A stretch of DNA of 63,286 bases from a bacterium (GTDB taxonomy: Bacteria > UBA9089 > JASEGY01). Numbering within the stretch: position 1 is the stretch's first letter; every line of letters begins with the position of its first letter. The DNA is taken from the NCBI GenBank assembly GCA_040753085.1, contig JBFMHI010000001.1, positions 1-63,286 on the forward strand, in the 5' to 3' direction. Below are positions 16,452 through 25,377 of the stretch, one piece after another. The notes beneath the pieces are model-generated. The model saw nothing but the letters and a program-made list of their open reading frames with translations. It searched no databases and was not told the DNA's origin. Position numbers and translations under genes: made by a program.

Positions 16452-19325
16452 TTAAAAATCATACCCCAGGCTAAAGTGGAAGACAGATTTGCTTTTAATT
16501 TCTTTCAAGTCAGTAGGAAAGGCCCAATCAAGCCTGATAGGGAAGAAACCAAGGGTCAATCTGGTCCCCAGGCCGATAGCGCTGTGGAACCTCTCCCCTA
16601 AGTGATTTTTATCGTCATTCCAGAATCTGGGTTTTTCCGACTCATTCCATGCCCCGCCTAAATCGAAAAAGCCTACCCCACTAATGCCCTTCAAAGATAT
16701 AGGTAGAGGGAAGGCCAGGTCGAGCCGGTCGATAAAGGGGACTCTCAGTTCTAAATTGGCTATAACCACCCGGTTGCCCCAAAACTTGTTGTATTGAACC
16801 TCACGCATGTCCCAACTGCCGCCCAGAGGAAAGATGTCAGGGTCTTTTCCTTCACTTATCTCTCCGGCTATCCTGAAGGCCAGAGCCGATCGGGCTGATA
16901 GTCTGATATACTTCCTCACATCGAGGATGTAATTGGTAAAACTCCGTTTTTTGAAAAAGACCGGCACTGACTGCTCTACCCTCAATACTAACCTGGCCCC
17001 ATCTATGGGGGCCAATAAGCCCCACCTGGTCGTATCTTTCACATAAGAGAGGCCAACTATGTCCGCCCCCTCTTCTCTGACTTCGATCTCATCGGTTCCG
17101 GTCAAAAACTCCTCTCCTTTGAACTCAGAGATAAATTCAGCCTCCAGTCGGCGAAAGGTGTCAAGGGGATAAGCCAAGTAGAGAAAACCTCCATACCGGC
17201 GATTATCCAATTCCTTGTCTTCATCCCAGAAACGTAAATCCCTCCAGTTGAATAAACCCACCCCCACTACCGGTCTTTTGGCTAAATAGAGATAACGAAG
17301 AACAAGATTGAGATCAGCCAGGTTGCTAATCGTAGTTAAATAATCCGTCAAGAGGATAAAGCGGTGATTACCCAGGATATCACTGACGGCAATTTCAGTA
17401 AACCCGGTGAAGCCCTGACTGGTATTGTAAATTATATTACCCTGCGCCCAGTCCATGGTCAGATGCATTTTATAATCCTTCAGTTCAAAGGAAGTGTCAA
17501 CAGAGGCCTCTTGCTTGGTCAACTTAGCCAGTTCATCCGCCTTTCCGCTCTGGGCGGTATAATCTAAGCCCCTTCCTACCTCTTCTCTGGTTAGCTTCTC
17601 CAGTTCACTCACATAGGTCACCGGTTCGCCCTCAAGATAAGCCGTGAAGGCCAATCTTTTCCCATCTCTTGATACCCTGGGAGATCGAGATCCACCCAAA
17701 GAATTGGTCAACTTCATCATCTGCTCAGACTCAAGATTATACTCATAAATGTCATAACCGCCCCCTATATCAGAGGCAAAATATAATCGCTTTCCATTCG
17801 GCCCCCAGGCTGGGTCTACATTTTGCTGGCCATTTTGGATCAGGGGCCTGATGGGAAGGCGGAAGGCGGCTGGCGCACCCACTTCGTGGGTACCCGGGAT
17901 TATTGAGTCTAATTCAAGCAGGTAAATATCCCTGGCCTCACCATTTTCCACGACAAAGGCGATCTGCCTTTCATCCGGAGAACAGGCCGGTTGGTAAGCA
18001 GTAAATGTATCCGCCGTAAGCTGAGTAAGGGTGGTAGTTGTTGAAGGATCAAAGAGATAGAGGCTGCTTTTTCCGGCCTTTGTGCCGGCAAAGACCAGTC
18101 TTTTTCCCAACCAGGCCGGTGAAGAAAGGCTATCTAACCCTTCAAGAGGAATTCGCTTTGTGGCCTCTTCTCCAGGCACGTCTCGGATCAAGAAGTAATC
18201 CTTGGCCTTCTTGCTAACCAACAAGACAATAAATCGGCCGTCAGGAGACCAGTCAAGAGGATTTCCTTCCATATTTACCTCTTCAAGTTCATCAAACCCG
18301 AATTTATCCACCTCAACGCCGTCTTCAACCTTGATCAGGCTAACCCCGGCTCCCTTGTATCCATGTCTGGTTAAGACCGCCATTAAGTCTCCGCCGGCGG
18401 ACCACACCGCCCCAAGGCTTATTTTATTGATCAACTTTTTGCCGTAAGTTTCCGGAGGTTCCTTGTCTGCCACATTAGGATAATATTTTCTCTTAGCATA
18501 TCTTAGCCACCCTTCCCAGACCTCGGGAAGTTCCTGGCCTAAAGTTGATTTTACCACGGTTTCTATATTAGGTGAATCCCTGTATTTCTTGATCAGAAGG
18601 GCCGGCTTGTCCGGACCGTAAGTTTCAGCAATGTAGCCGACAAAGGAGGCGCTTTGTTTATACCCCAGGTAGACCTTAGGGGAGCTGGAAAAATCAGCCA
18701 TCTCTTTCAAGGGAATGAGATCGTTATCAATAACGGCGTTTTGAAGGACAGCCTCGCCTTCCGGGTCCATCTTCCCGGCTCCATATTCGGCTATCCCCTC
18801 CATTAACCAAAGGGGCGGGGGGGTAATCATCCGGCTGGAAAAGAAGGCGCCAAAAGCATCTCGATAAAGTATATCGTAGGTAAAGATATGAACTAACTCG
18901 TGGGTAACGACGTGCTGAAACTGGGCATAGGAACCGGTAAAAGGTATGACAATCCGGTATTTGAATATCTCAGCAAATCCCCCCACCCCCCGATCAATAA
19001 ACTCCAGGATAACATTGGTTTGTTGGAAATCAGAATGGGAGGGGAATATGATGAGGGGGATAGCCCGGCTGACTTTGAAGTCAAAATCTTGAGATACCTT
19101 GCGATAGGCCTCTTCAGCAAATTCAGCCGCTTTAGCGGCCAGGATTTCTGTGCCGGGATGGAAGTAAATATCAAAATGTTTGGTGGAGGCTATCTTCCAG
19201 GTAAAGTCTTTATACCTGACCCGGTTTTTACCAAAATCTTGCCCGATTACAGGTTGGGAAAAGAGAAGAGAGATAAAAATCCAGCCTATGATGAAAAGCT
19301 TAGTTTCGAGTTTTAAGTTATCCAC
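16452..19325 (-). CDS. fusion protein: MA-clan HExxH peptidase-like domain + PD40/TolB-like beta-propeller + Omp85/BamA-type beta-barrel
   Basis: Signal peptide; VVTHELVHIF and WLMEGIAEY; repeated PD40-like segments (SPDG, DPAWGPNGKRLYFASD, SRDGKRLAF); C-terminus GVGFFDLGGAW...IRLDWAFP...FHFSLGYDF. Confidence 0.7.
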   Translation of the reverse strand: MDNLKLETKLFIIGWIFISLLFSQPVIGQDFGKNRVRYKDFTWKIASTKHFDIYFHPGTEILAAKAAEFAEEAYRKVSQDFDFKVSRAIPLIIFPSHSDFQQTNVILEFIDRGVGGFAEIFKYRIVIPFTGSYAQFQHVVTHELVHIFTYDILYRDAFGAFFSSRMITPPPLWLMEGIAEYGAGKMDPEGEAVLQNAVIDNDLIPLKEMADFSSSPKVYLGYKQSASFVGYIAETYGPDKPALLIKKYRDSPNIETVVKSTLGQELPEVWEGWLRYAKRKYYPNVADKEPPETYGKKLINKISLGAVWSAGGDLMAVLTRHGYKGAGVSLIKVEDGVEVDKFGFDELEEVNMEGNPLDWSPDGRFIVLLVSKKAKDYFLIRDVPGEEATKRIPLEGLDSLSSPAWLGKRLVFAGTKAGKSSLYLFDPSTTTTLTQLTADTFTAYQPACSPDERQIAFVVENGEARDIYLLELDSIIPGTHEVGAPAAFRLPIRPLIQNGQQNVDPAWGPNGKRLYFASDIGGGYDIYEYNLESEQMMKLTNSLGGSRSPRVSRDGKRLAFTAYLEGEPVTYVSELEKLTREEVGRGLDYTAQSGKADELAKLTKQEASVDTSFELKDYKMHLTMDWAQGNIIYNTSQGFTGFTEIAVSDILGNHRFILLTDYLTTISNLADLNLVLRYLYLAKRPVVGVGLFNWRDLRFWDEDKELDNRRYGGFLYLAYPLDTFRRLEAEFISEFKGEEFLTGTDEIEVREEGADIVGLSYVKDTTRWGLLAPIDGARLVLRVEQSVPVFFKKRSFTNYILDVRKYIRLSARSALAFRIAGEISEGKDPDIFPLGGSWDMREVQYNKFWGNRVVIANLELRVPFIDRLDLAFPLPISLKGISGVGFFDLGGAWNESEKPRFWNDDKNHLGERFHSAIGLGTRLTLGFFPIRLDWAFPTDLKEIKSKSVFHFSLGYDF
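17853..17898. repeat. intragenic palindromic element, copy A
   Basis: GGAAGGCGGAAGGCGGCTGGC followed by GCACCCACTTCGTGGGTACCCGGG. Read on the minus strand as IPGTHEVGAPAAFRLP. Confidence 0.85.
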
Positions 19326-19373
19326 TTTACCTATATCCCCTTTATCGGTGATCGGTCATCGGTAACAATTGAT

Positions 19374-19486
19374 GTAACCGTTCAGCCACCAAGGCACAAA
19401 GACACAAAGGGGAAAATATCTGTTGAGCTATTAAGAAATAATCCTTTAATCTTTGTGTGTTAGTGTCTTTGTGGCGGAACACTTAC
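19374..19486. mobile_element. MITE, family A, short variant
   Basis: Termini are GTAACCGTTCAGCCAC and GTGGCGGAACACTTAC. The 8-bp direct repeat CAATTGAT lies at 19366-19373 and 19487-19494. Confidence 0.85.
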
Positions 19487-19542
19487 CAATTGATTACTGG
19501 TTACTCCTCACCGATGACCGATCGCCTGGTTGCGCCGAGTTA

Positions 19543-20151
19543 TTAAGAAGATACAATCCCCCCACTATTTCTAAATAGGGCCAACTTTTCCTCCATTGAA
19601 CCCTCAGGCACATCAATCCCTCTGGTGGCCTCAAGGAGAATGGTGACCTCATATCCATTTTCCAGACCATCCATCGCCGTAAAATAAACGCAAAAATCCG
19701 TGGCCAGCCCGGCCAAGTAAAGATGTTTTACTCCAAGTGCCTTGAGGTAGCCGTCGAGTCCGGTAATGGCTGTCTTCGAGTTGTCTCGAAAACCAGAGTA
19801 AGAATCCACCTCAGGATCCATACCCTTGCGCAGGATCATTCGGATAGGTTCAGGTTCCAGATCATTTACCAATTGAGCCCCCTTGCTCCCCTGAACACAG
19901 TGATCAGGCCATAGAACCTGGGTGGTGCCTTGAAGATCGATGGTCTCAAAGGGCTTTTTGCCAGGATGAGCCGAAGCAAAGGACTTATGACCAGGCGGAT
20001 GCCAGTCCTGGGTGGCAATGACAATATCAAAGGCCTTCGTAAGCCGGTTAATAAGAGGGACAATGCGATCACCTTCAGGCACAGGTAAAGCCCCTCCCGG
20101 GCAAAAGTCATTTTGGACATCGATGATGAGTAGAGCTTCTTTATTTCCCAT
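19543..20151 (-). CDS. pncA: nicotinamidase/pyrazinamidase
   Basis: ALLIIDVQNDFCPGGALPV, QDWHPPGHKSFA and LAGLATDFCV blocks. Confidence 0.85.
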   Translation of the reverse strand: MGNKEALLIIDVQNDFCPGGALPVPEGDRIVPLINRLTKAFDIVIATQDWHPPGHKSFASAHPGKKPFETIDLQGTTQVLWPDHCVQGSKGAQLVNDLEPEPIRMILRKGMDPEVDSYSGFRDNSKTAITGLDGYLKALGVKHLYLAGLATDFCVYFTAMDGLENGYEVTILLEATRGIDVPEGSMEEKLALFRNSGGIVSS

Positions 20152-20225
20152 AATTTCTCCCTCCTATACCTCTCGGTAATCGGTAATCAATACCGATTAC
20201 CTGATGGCCTGAGGAGACTATCTGT

Positions 20226-21578
20226 TTACAAATCGATATCAATCGGGGTTTGGAGAGAAAGGATAGCCCATTTAGGATTATCCAGCTGAGATACATACCA
20301 TTGCCCGGCTTCATATTCCAAATAATCCTCAGCCGGCGCAGATATTATTTCCTTCTCATCCCAGTCTCCATCACTATCCGTGTCATCCCAGGCTCGGACA
20401 TCGTAGGCGTAATCTGAAGGTGTGGCTGGAAGCTCGATCTGATAACGATAATTTCCATTCGACTCCACCACTGATCCCGTAACTATTATTTTCGGGGGAG
20501 CACTCCACTTAGTCAATCCAACCCATATCTTTCCAGTTGGTTCTTTGGTGGTTCTAATGGTTCCGATTACCTTTGGTTTCTCGCCTTCGCTAACCACCTT
20601 AAATAGGCCGGCCGTCAGGGAGAGGTTTTGGAACTTTTCATTAGAAGCCGCCAAGAGATACCACTTATATGTCTCTCCAATAGTAAGAGATTGGGGGACT
20701 TTGATGTCGGTTGTCTGGTAGAGGAAATTGCTGGTCCAGAGAGGATAGCAGGGCTCGCTTTCTTCATCAGTGATTCTAACCTCGTATAGGGATGCCCCCG
20801 AGACTGCTTGCCAAGTAAGAGTCGGGGTTGAGCTGGTTTCCTGACGGTCCTTAGGTTGGATGATTTCCGGGAGGGGAAGAGGCGCCTCGACTAATTCTTT
20901 GGTAACCTGGAGAGGAGGAGAATCCGTAAAAATCACGGTAAGGGTATATGCGCCGAGGAAAGAAGCGGTGGACATCGGTAAAGTAAGACCGTAGTGGCTA
21001 TCCGAAGGCCCATTATTTTCTATCAGACAAATACCCTCGGGTTCAGTATCTTTAAGTTCATATTCCTTCTTATCGTGTCCCGTGACTGTAACTGAATCTA
21101 TTATTTGGGGATTTATATCCCGTAATGTAGCTTCCAAGAGAAGATAGTATCCCTCAGCAAACCCTGGATAGGCATTCGGAGCAAGATGAAGGCTTAAAAT
21201 GGAATAAGATAGGTCTATTTGATGATTGGCTTTAACCACTGTAATTTCGATATGTTGCCTTACCTGGGTCTGACCATCGTCTACGGTTACAGTAATGGTG
21301 TAAGCGCCGGCCGTTGGCGGAGCGGTCCAGGTTATAGATTCCCCCCTGCCGGTAATACTTCCCGGCTCATATATCCAGGAATAGGTGAGGGCATCTCCAT
21401 CCGCATCCTCAGCCTTAACCGTTATAGTAGTAGTGTCTCCTGTTTCTACGGTGGTCGGGTAAGCTGACAGATCGTTAATGACCGGCGGCTGGTTTTCGGA
21501 CTCTGTCCCCTTATCCCTTCCGCAGCCCATCGGAAATAAAAAAAGAAGCAGGCATAAAAAAACAGCTTTTTGGTTCAT
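20226..21578 (-). CDS. lipoprotein with an Ig-like (PKD-like) domain and FN3-like modules
   Basis: Lipobox FPMGC. NQPPVINDLSAYP...AEDADGDALTYSW...WTAP..AGAYTITVTVDDGQ is paralogous to the N-terminus of 39223..40092. Confidence 0.6.
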   Translation of the reverse strand: MNQKAVFLCLLLFLFPMGCGRDKGTESENQPPVINDLSAYPTTVETGDTTTITVKAEDADGDALTYSWIYEPGSITGRGESITWTAPPTAGAYTITVTVDDGQTQVRQHIEITVVKANHQIDLSYSILSLHLAPNAYPGFAEGYYLLLEATLRDINPQIIDSVTVTGHDKKEYELKDTEPEGICLIENNGPSDSHYGLTLPMSTASFLGAYTLTVIFTDSPPLQVTKELVEAPLPLPEIIQPKDRQETSSTPTLTWQAVSGASLYEVRITDEESEPCYPLWTSNFLYQTTDIKVPQSLTIGETYKWYLLAASNEKFQNLSLTAGLFKVVSEGEKPKVIGTIRTTKEPTGKIWVGLTKWSAPPKIIVTGSVVESNGNYRYQIELPATPSDYAYDVRAWDDTDSDGDWDEKEIISAPAEDYLEYEAGQWYVSQLDNPKWAILSLQTPIDIDL

Positions 21579-21758
21579 CTTAGTAAGGCTAATCCCTTTA
21601 GTAAACTCTGTAGCCGTAAGCCTTGTTCTATCAGACCCTATTTTATTCTACACTTTTCTCGCCATATTGTCAACTAAGAAAATGAGACAGCAGCCACGGA
21701 TTAACACAGATAAAATAATTATAACCATTCAGTCCTTTTTTGTCGTACTGTCTACTTT

Positions 21759-22058
21759 TTACCAGAGTTTTCTTAGGTTCTTTAGCCCTTTTAAGTAATC
21801 CTCATATTCTAAGTTTGCCTCAATCCCGTATCCTTTGAGGATCTCCATCATCTTTGAGATAGAAACACCGGCTATCTTTGCAGATTTTTCAATGGATGCC
21901 TCTTGTTTTTTATACTTTTCTATGGCAAGCATTATTCTTCCCCACTCAAGAAGTTCCCTTACAGACTTTGAAATATCCTCTTTTTCTTCTTTTGCAAGAA
22001 AGGAAAGGAAGTCATAATCCTCGCCCTTTATGCGTATACTCAGGGTCTTAGGGGCCAT
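21759..22058 (-). CDS. UPF0175-family antitoxin-like protein
   Basis: Size, and the C-terminal HTH-like SAKIAGVSISKMMEILKGYGI. Adjacent to the PIN gene. Confidence 0.6.
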   Translation of the reverse strand: MAPKTLSIRIKGEDYDFLSFLAKEEKEDISKSVRELLEWGRIMLAIEKYKKQEASIEKSAKIAGVSISKMMEILKGYGIEANLEYEDYLKGLKNLRKLW

Positions 22059-22060
22059 CT

Positions 22061-22561
22061 TTACCCACCTCCTCTAATTTGGTTCATTGCATCTTCAATT
22101 ATTGTTTCCTTATATCTGCCAATAGATTGAAGTTTTTTAAGTCTTATAAGGGCTTCATTTCTATCAATTAGCCTCTTTTCAAACACTCTTATTAAGACAG
22201 CAATTGCTGTAACAAAATCTAACCTTAAGGCTTTGCATGCCTTTATGGCATTTCTATCATCTGTGGCAATTATACAATTCTTTTCTTGAAGAGCAAGCGT
22301 TAATGCTTCTGCCTCACCTACATCTATATTAAAATCTTCCATAAGTTTTTGGATGAGATTGATCTGTTTTGGTCTTAAAACCTCGATTCTTTTCTCTTTA
22401 ATCAACTTAGCGATCAAATGCGTATCTTCCCTTTTCCCTTTTTCTACCTCTAATTTAATTTTTAGGGAAACCAAAGTTCTATCCGGGAAATTTAAGAGAA
22501 ATGCATCTAAAATCTCTATCTTAGTAAGGAGAATGATTGTAGAGGAGTCAAAAACTATCAT
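22061..22561 (-). CDS. PIN-domain protein (COG2405/DUF3368-like)
   Basis: MIVFDSSTIILL...ATDDRNAIKA has acidic residues in PIN-like positions. The start at 22561 is preferred because the promoter -10 lies 6 nt upstream. Confidence 0.6.
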   Translation of the reverse strand: MIVFDSSTIILLTKIEILDAFLLNFPDRTLVSLKIKLEVEKGKREDTHLIAKLIKEKRIEVLRPKQINLIQKLMEDFNIDVGEAEALTLALQEKNCIIATDDRNAIKACKALRLDFVTAIAVLIRVFEKRLIDRNEALIRLKKLQSIGRYKETIIEDAMNQIRGGG

Positions 22562-22567
22562 ATTACA

Positions 22568-22596
22568 ATTATATGACATTTATATGACAATGTCAA
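22568..22596 (-). promoter_or_regulatory. sigma70-type promoter TTGACA-N17-TATAAT implying a leaderless PIN mRNA
   Basis: On the minus strand, TTGACA (22596-22591), a 17-nt spacer, TATAAT (22573-22568), then TGTAAT and the ATG at 22561. Confidence 0.45.
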
Positions 22597-22918
22597 GAAA
22601 AAAAAATTCGACCTGTGCGGTTAGATCTCTACTGCGAATGAGAAAACTATTACTATTCTCTGGGCAACAACAGGGCAACCACGTTTCGGCCAGTCGGAAT
22701 AGAGTCCGTTGTCCACATCGTCGGATTCCTCTTGACAAATTTAAGAATTTATAGTGTAATAGTAACTACTCAGCCATTAAGGCACAAAGACACAAAGACT
22801 ACCAATAATAGCACACGGATTACACGGATGAGACGGATTGACATGGAGCGTCTCGCCTGGGGTCATATTCACAGCCGGCACGGCTGTGGGCTGCTTTTGG
22901 GATAGGCACTAAGACGTT

Positions 22919-25363
22919 ATGTTCCTTTCTATCTTACTCATTGGCCTTACTTCCATGGTCTCTCAAGTCATCCTCTTGAGAGAACTCATGGCCGCGGTCG
23001 GTGGGAATGAGCTTTTAATCGGTTTAACTCTGGCCTCCTGGCTTTTTTGGGCAGGCGTAGGCAGCAGTCTGCCCAGCCCGTGGGTTGATAAATTGAGACG
23101 ACCCCACCTGGCCCTGGGAATGGCTCAAATAATCATTTCCGTGGCCTTGCCCGCGGTTATTATCCTGGTCAGGGTCAGAGGGTTATTTCCTGACCTCCTC
23201 CCCGGCGAAATGATTGACCCCCGGTTTATGATCCTCCTGGCCTTGCTTTCACCAGCCCCCCTGTCAAGCCTCCTTGGTCTTCAGTTTATCTTAGCCTGCA
23301 GGGGAAAGACATCTCCATTTCGGATTGCGGATTTCGGATTGCGGATTGGAAAATCCGAAATCCGAAATCCGCAATCCGCATTCCGTCATCCCGCGTACCC
23401 ACGAAGTGGGTGCACCCTCCGCCATCGGGACGATCCGCCATCCGCAAGGCGGTGGGTTACTTCGGTTTACATTCTGGAGGCCTTAGGGGCAAGCGGGGGC
23501 GGCTTGATTTTCAGTCTGCTTATCCCATTAATCTTGCCGCTCCATATCATCATCTACCTTAGCTTACTTAATTTGATCTCGGCTTTTTTCCTGCTAACAA
23601 GAAGCGAGATGCGATTCGGTCTTAAGGTCGGGACTTTTACCCTTGGGCTCGTCATTCTATTGGGATTTTTAATAATGGCCGAAAGGATGGAAGATATTTC
23701 ACAATCTTTCCGATGGCGGAATTTGGAACTGGTCAAGACTCAGGACTCTATTTATGGTCGTGTTTCAATTATCCGATTGGGGGATGAATTCAGCTTCTAT
23801 GAGAATGGAGGCCTTATGTTTACCACCCGGGATCGGATTAGGTCTGAGGAATTAGTTCATCCGGCCCTTCTCCAGCATCCCAATCCCCAAAAGATACTTT
23901 TGATCGGCGGAGGCGTAGGTGGCGCCCTTCTTGAGATTCTTAAGTATCCTGTAAAAGAGATCGATTATCTGGAACTTGATCCCCTGGTGATTGAGCTATC
24001 CCGCCGGATACTTCCGCCGGAAGACCTCCAGGCCCTGGAAGATAGACGGGTCAGGCTAAGACACGTTGACGGCCGCTTTTTCATCAAGCAAACTAAACAG
24101 CGCTACGACGTCATCCTGGTTAATCTGCCTGATCCCTCTACGGCCCAGATTAATCGCTTTTATTCTCAAGAATTCTTTGAGGAGGCCAAACAGGCGCTCC
24201 GGCCGGCCGGCCTTATTGCCTTTGGACTGACTTCCTCTGAAAACTATATCAATCCCGAGCTGCAGCAACTTCTCTCTTGTATCTTTACCACCTTGAAGCT
24301 GAGTTTTACCAGGGTAATTGTTATTCCTGGAGACACGAATTACTTTTTGGCCAGCGAGACTATTGATTTGACCTTAAATCCAGGTAAATTGATAGAGAGA
24401 CTTAAAAAGAGAAAAATAGAGACAAGATATATCTCAGAGGCTTATCTCCCCTCCAGACTGACGCCTGATAGGATAGCTTATCTCCAACGCACTTTAACTG
24501 AGCCTATTTCGCACCCACTTTGTAGGTACCCGGGATTTCGGATCTTCCCTTCCGCCCTCGGAACCATCCGAACAAATTCTGATTTTACGCCTATTGGTTA
24601 TCTTTATTACCTTCTTACTTGGGGAACTCATTTCCCCTCATCGCTTCAGCCCATTATTACCGCTCTTTCCCGGATGGGACCTGAACTCCCTTTTTTGGCA
24701 GTACCTTTTTTTTTAGTTATTATGCTGCCGCTGGCTTTTCGGTTTCGTCGAAGACTCCCGGTTATTACGGCAGTGGCCACCACAGGTTTAGCCGAGATTG
24801 CCTTTCAGATAATTATCATCCTGGCCCATCAGGCAATTTATGGCTACGTTTATTACCGACTGGGGCTTATTATGGCCCTCTTTATGGCCGGCCTTGCTCT
24901 GGGAGGATGGTGGGTCAGAAGACAGAAGACAGAAGGCGGAAGGCAGAAATCAGAAGAAGAACTAGCCGAAATCCCGGGTACCCACAAAGTGGGTGTGAAA
25001 TCCGCCCTCGAAAGACTAACTGGGATCCAACTGGTAGTAGTTATTTATTCTTTTTTACTGCCTTTTGTTTTCTTGGGACTGGCTAAAATCAGGGGTGGAG
25101 AATTTATCTTTATCCTTCTGCCCCTTGTGGCCGGACTGGTTGGGGGTCTTCAATTTCCTCTGGCCTGTGAAGCTTGTTGGGAAGAGGGTGGGATAGCCAA
25201 AACTACCGGATTGGTTTATGGCGCCGACCTTTTTGGGGCCTGTCTGGGAGCGGGCCTGATCAGTCTTGTCCTGATCCCGCTCCTGGGTTTAATTTGGACC
25301 GCTTTCTTTACAGCGGTGATTAATTTAGTAAGTTTGATCCTGCTGCGAATGACTCAAAAATAA
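22919..25363 (+). CDS. polytopic membrane protein fused to a spermidine-synthase-like methyltransferase-fold domain
   Basis: N- and C-terminal TM bundles. The central block has ILLIGGGVGGALLEILKY...YLELDP...YDVILVNLPDP, as in spermidine synthases. Three in-frame repeat inserts. Confidence 0.7.
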   Translation: MFLSILLIGLTSMVSQVILLRELMAAVGGNELLIGLTLASWLFWAGVGSSLPSPWVDKLRRPHLALGMAQIIISVALPAVIILVRVRGLFPDLLPGEMIDPRFMILLALLSPAPLSSLLGLQFILACRGKTSPFRIADFGLRIGKSEIRNPQSAFRHPAYPRSGCTLRHRDDPPSARRWVTSVYILEALGASGGGLIFSLLIPLILPLHIIIYLSLLNLISAFFLLTRSEMRFGLKVGTFTLGLVILLGFLIMAERMEDISQSFRWRNLELVKTQDSIYGRVSIIRLGDEFSFYENGGLMFTTRDRIRSEELVHPALLQHPNPQKILLIGGGVGGALLEILKYPVKEIDYLELDPLVIELSRRILPPEDLQALEDRRVRLRHVDGRFFIKQTKQRYDVILVNLPDPSTAQINRFYSQEFFEEAKQALRPAGLIAFGLTSSENYINPELQQLLSCIFTTLKLSFTRVIVIPGDTNYFLASETIDLTLNPGKLIERLKKRKIETRYISEAYLPSRLTPDRIAYLQRTLTEPISHPLCRYPGFRIFPSALGTIRTNSDFTPIGYLYYLLTWGTHFPSSLQPIITALSRMGPELPFLAVPFFLVIMLPLAFRFRRRLPVITAVATTGLAEIAFQIIIILAHQAIYGYVYYRLGLIMALFMAGLALGGWWVRRQKTEGGRQKSEEELAEIPGTHKVGVKSALERLTGIQLVVVIYSFLLPFVFLGLAKIRGGEFIFILLPLVAGLVGGLQFPLACEACWEEGGIAKTTGLVYGADLFGACLGAGLISLVLIPLLGLIWTAFFTAVINLVSLILLRMTQK
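23317..23455. repeat. intragenic palindromic element, copy B (with an ATTTCGGATTGCGG inverted-repeat hairpin)
   Basis: Core GTACCCACGAAGTGGGTGCACC at 23395-23416. Translated as PFRIADFGLRIGKSEIRNPQSAFRHPAYPRSGCTLRH... Confidence 0.85.
24511..24572. repeat. intragenic palindromic element, copy C
   Basis: GCACCCACTTTGTAGGTACCCGGG followed by ATTTCGGATC.... Translated as SHPLCRYPGFRIFPSALG. Confidence 0.8.
24918..25009. repeat. intragenic palindromic element, copy D
   Basis: AGAAGACAGAAGACAGAAGGCGGAAGGCAGAAATCAGAAG followed by CCCGGGTACCCACAAAGTGGGTGTG. Translated as ...EIPGTHKVGVKSALE. Confidence 0.8.
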
Positions 25364-25377
25364 ATCCCTTATCATTT

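Noticed and set aside
16205-16601. Four overlapping ORFs (SSIEHRASSIE / MLDARCSMLD types) between the acyltransferase and the OMP-fusion gene.
   Set aside because: All arise from the stop-free CTCGATG array. Several mutually exclusive frames are open at once and there is no RBS.
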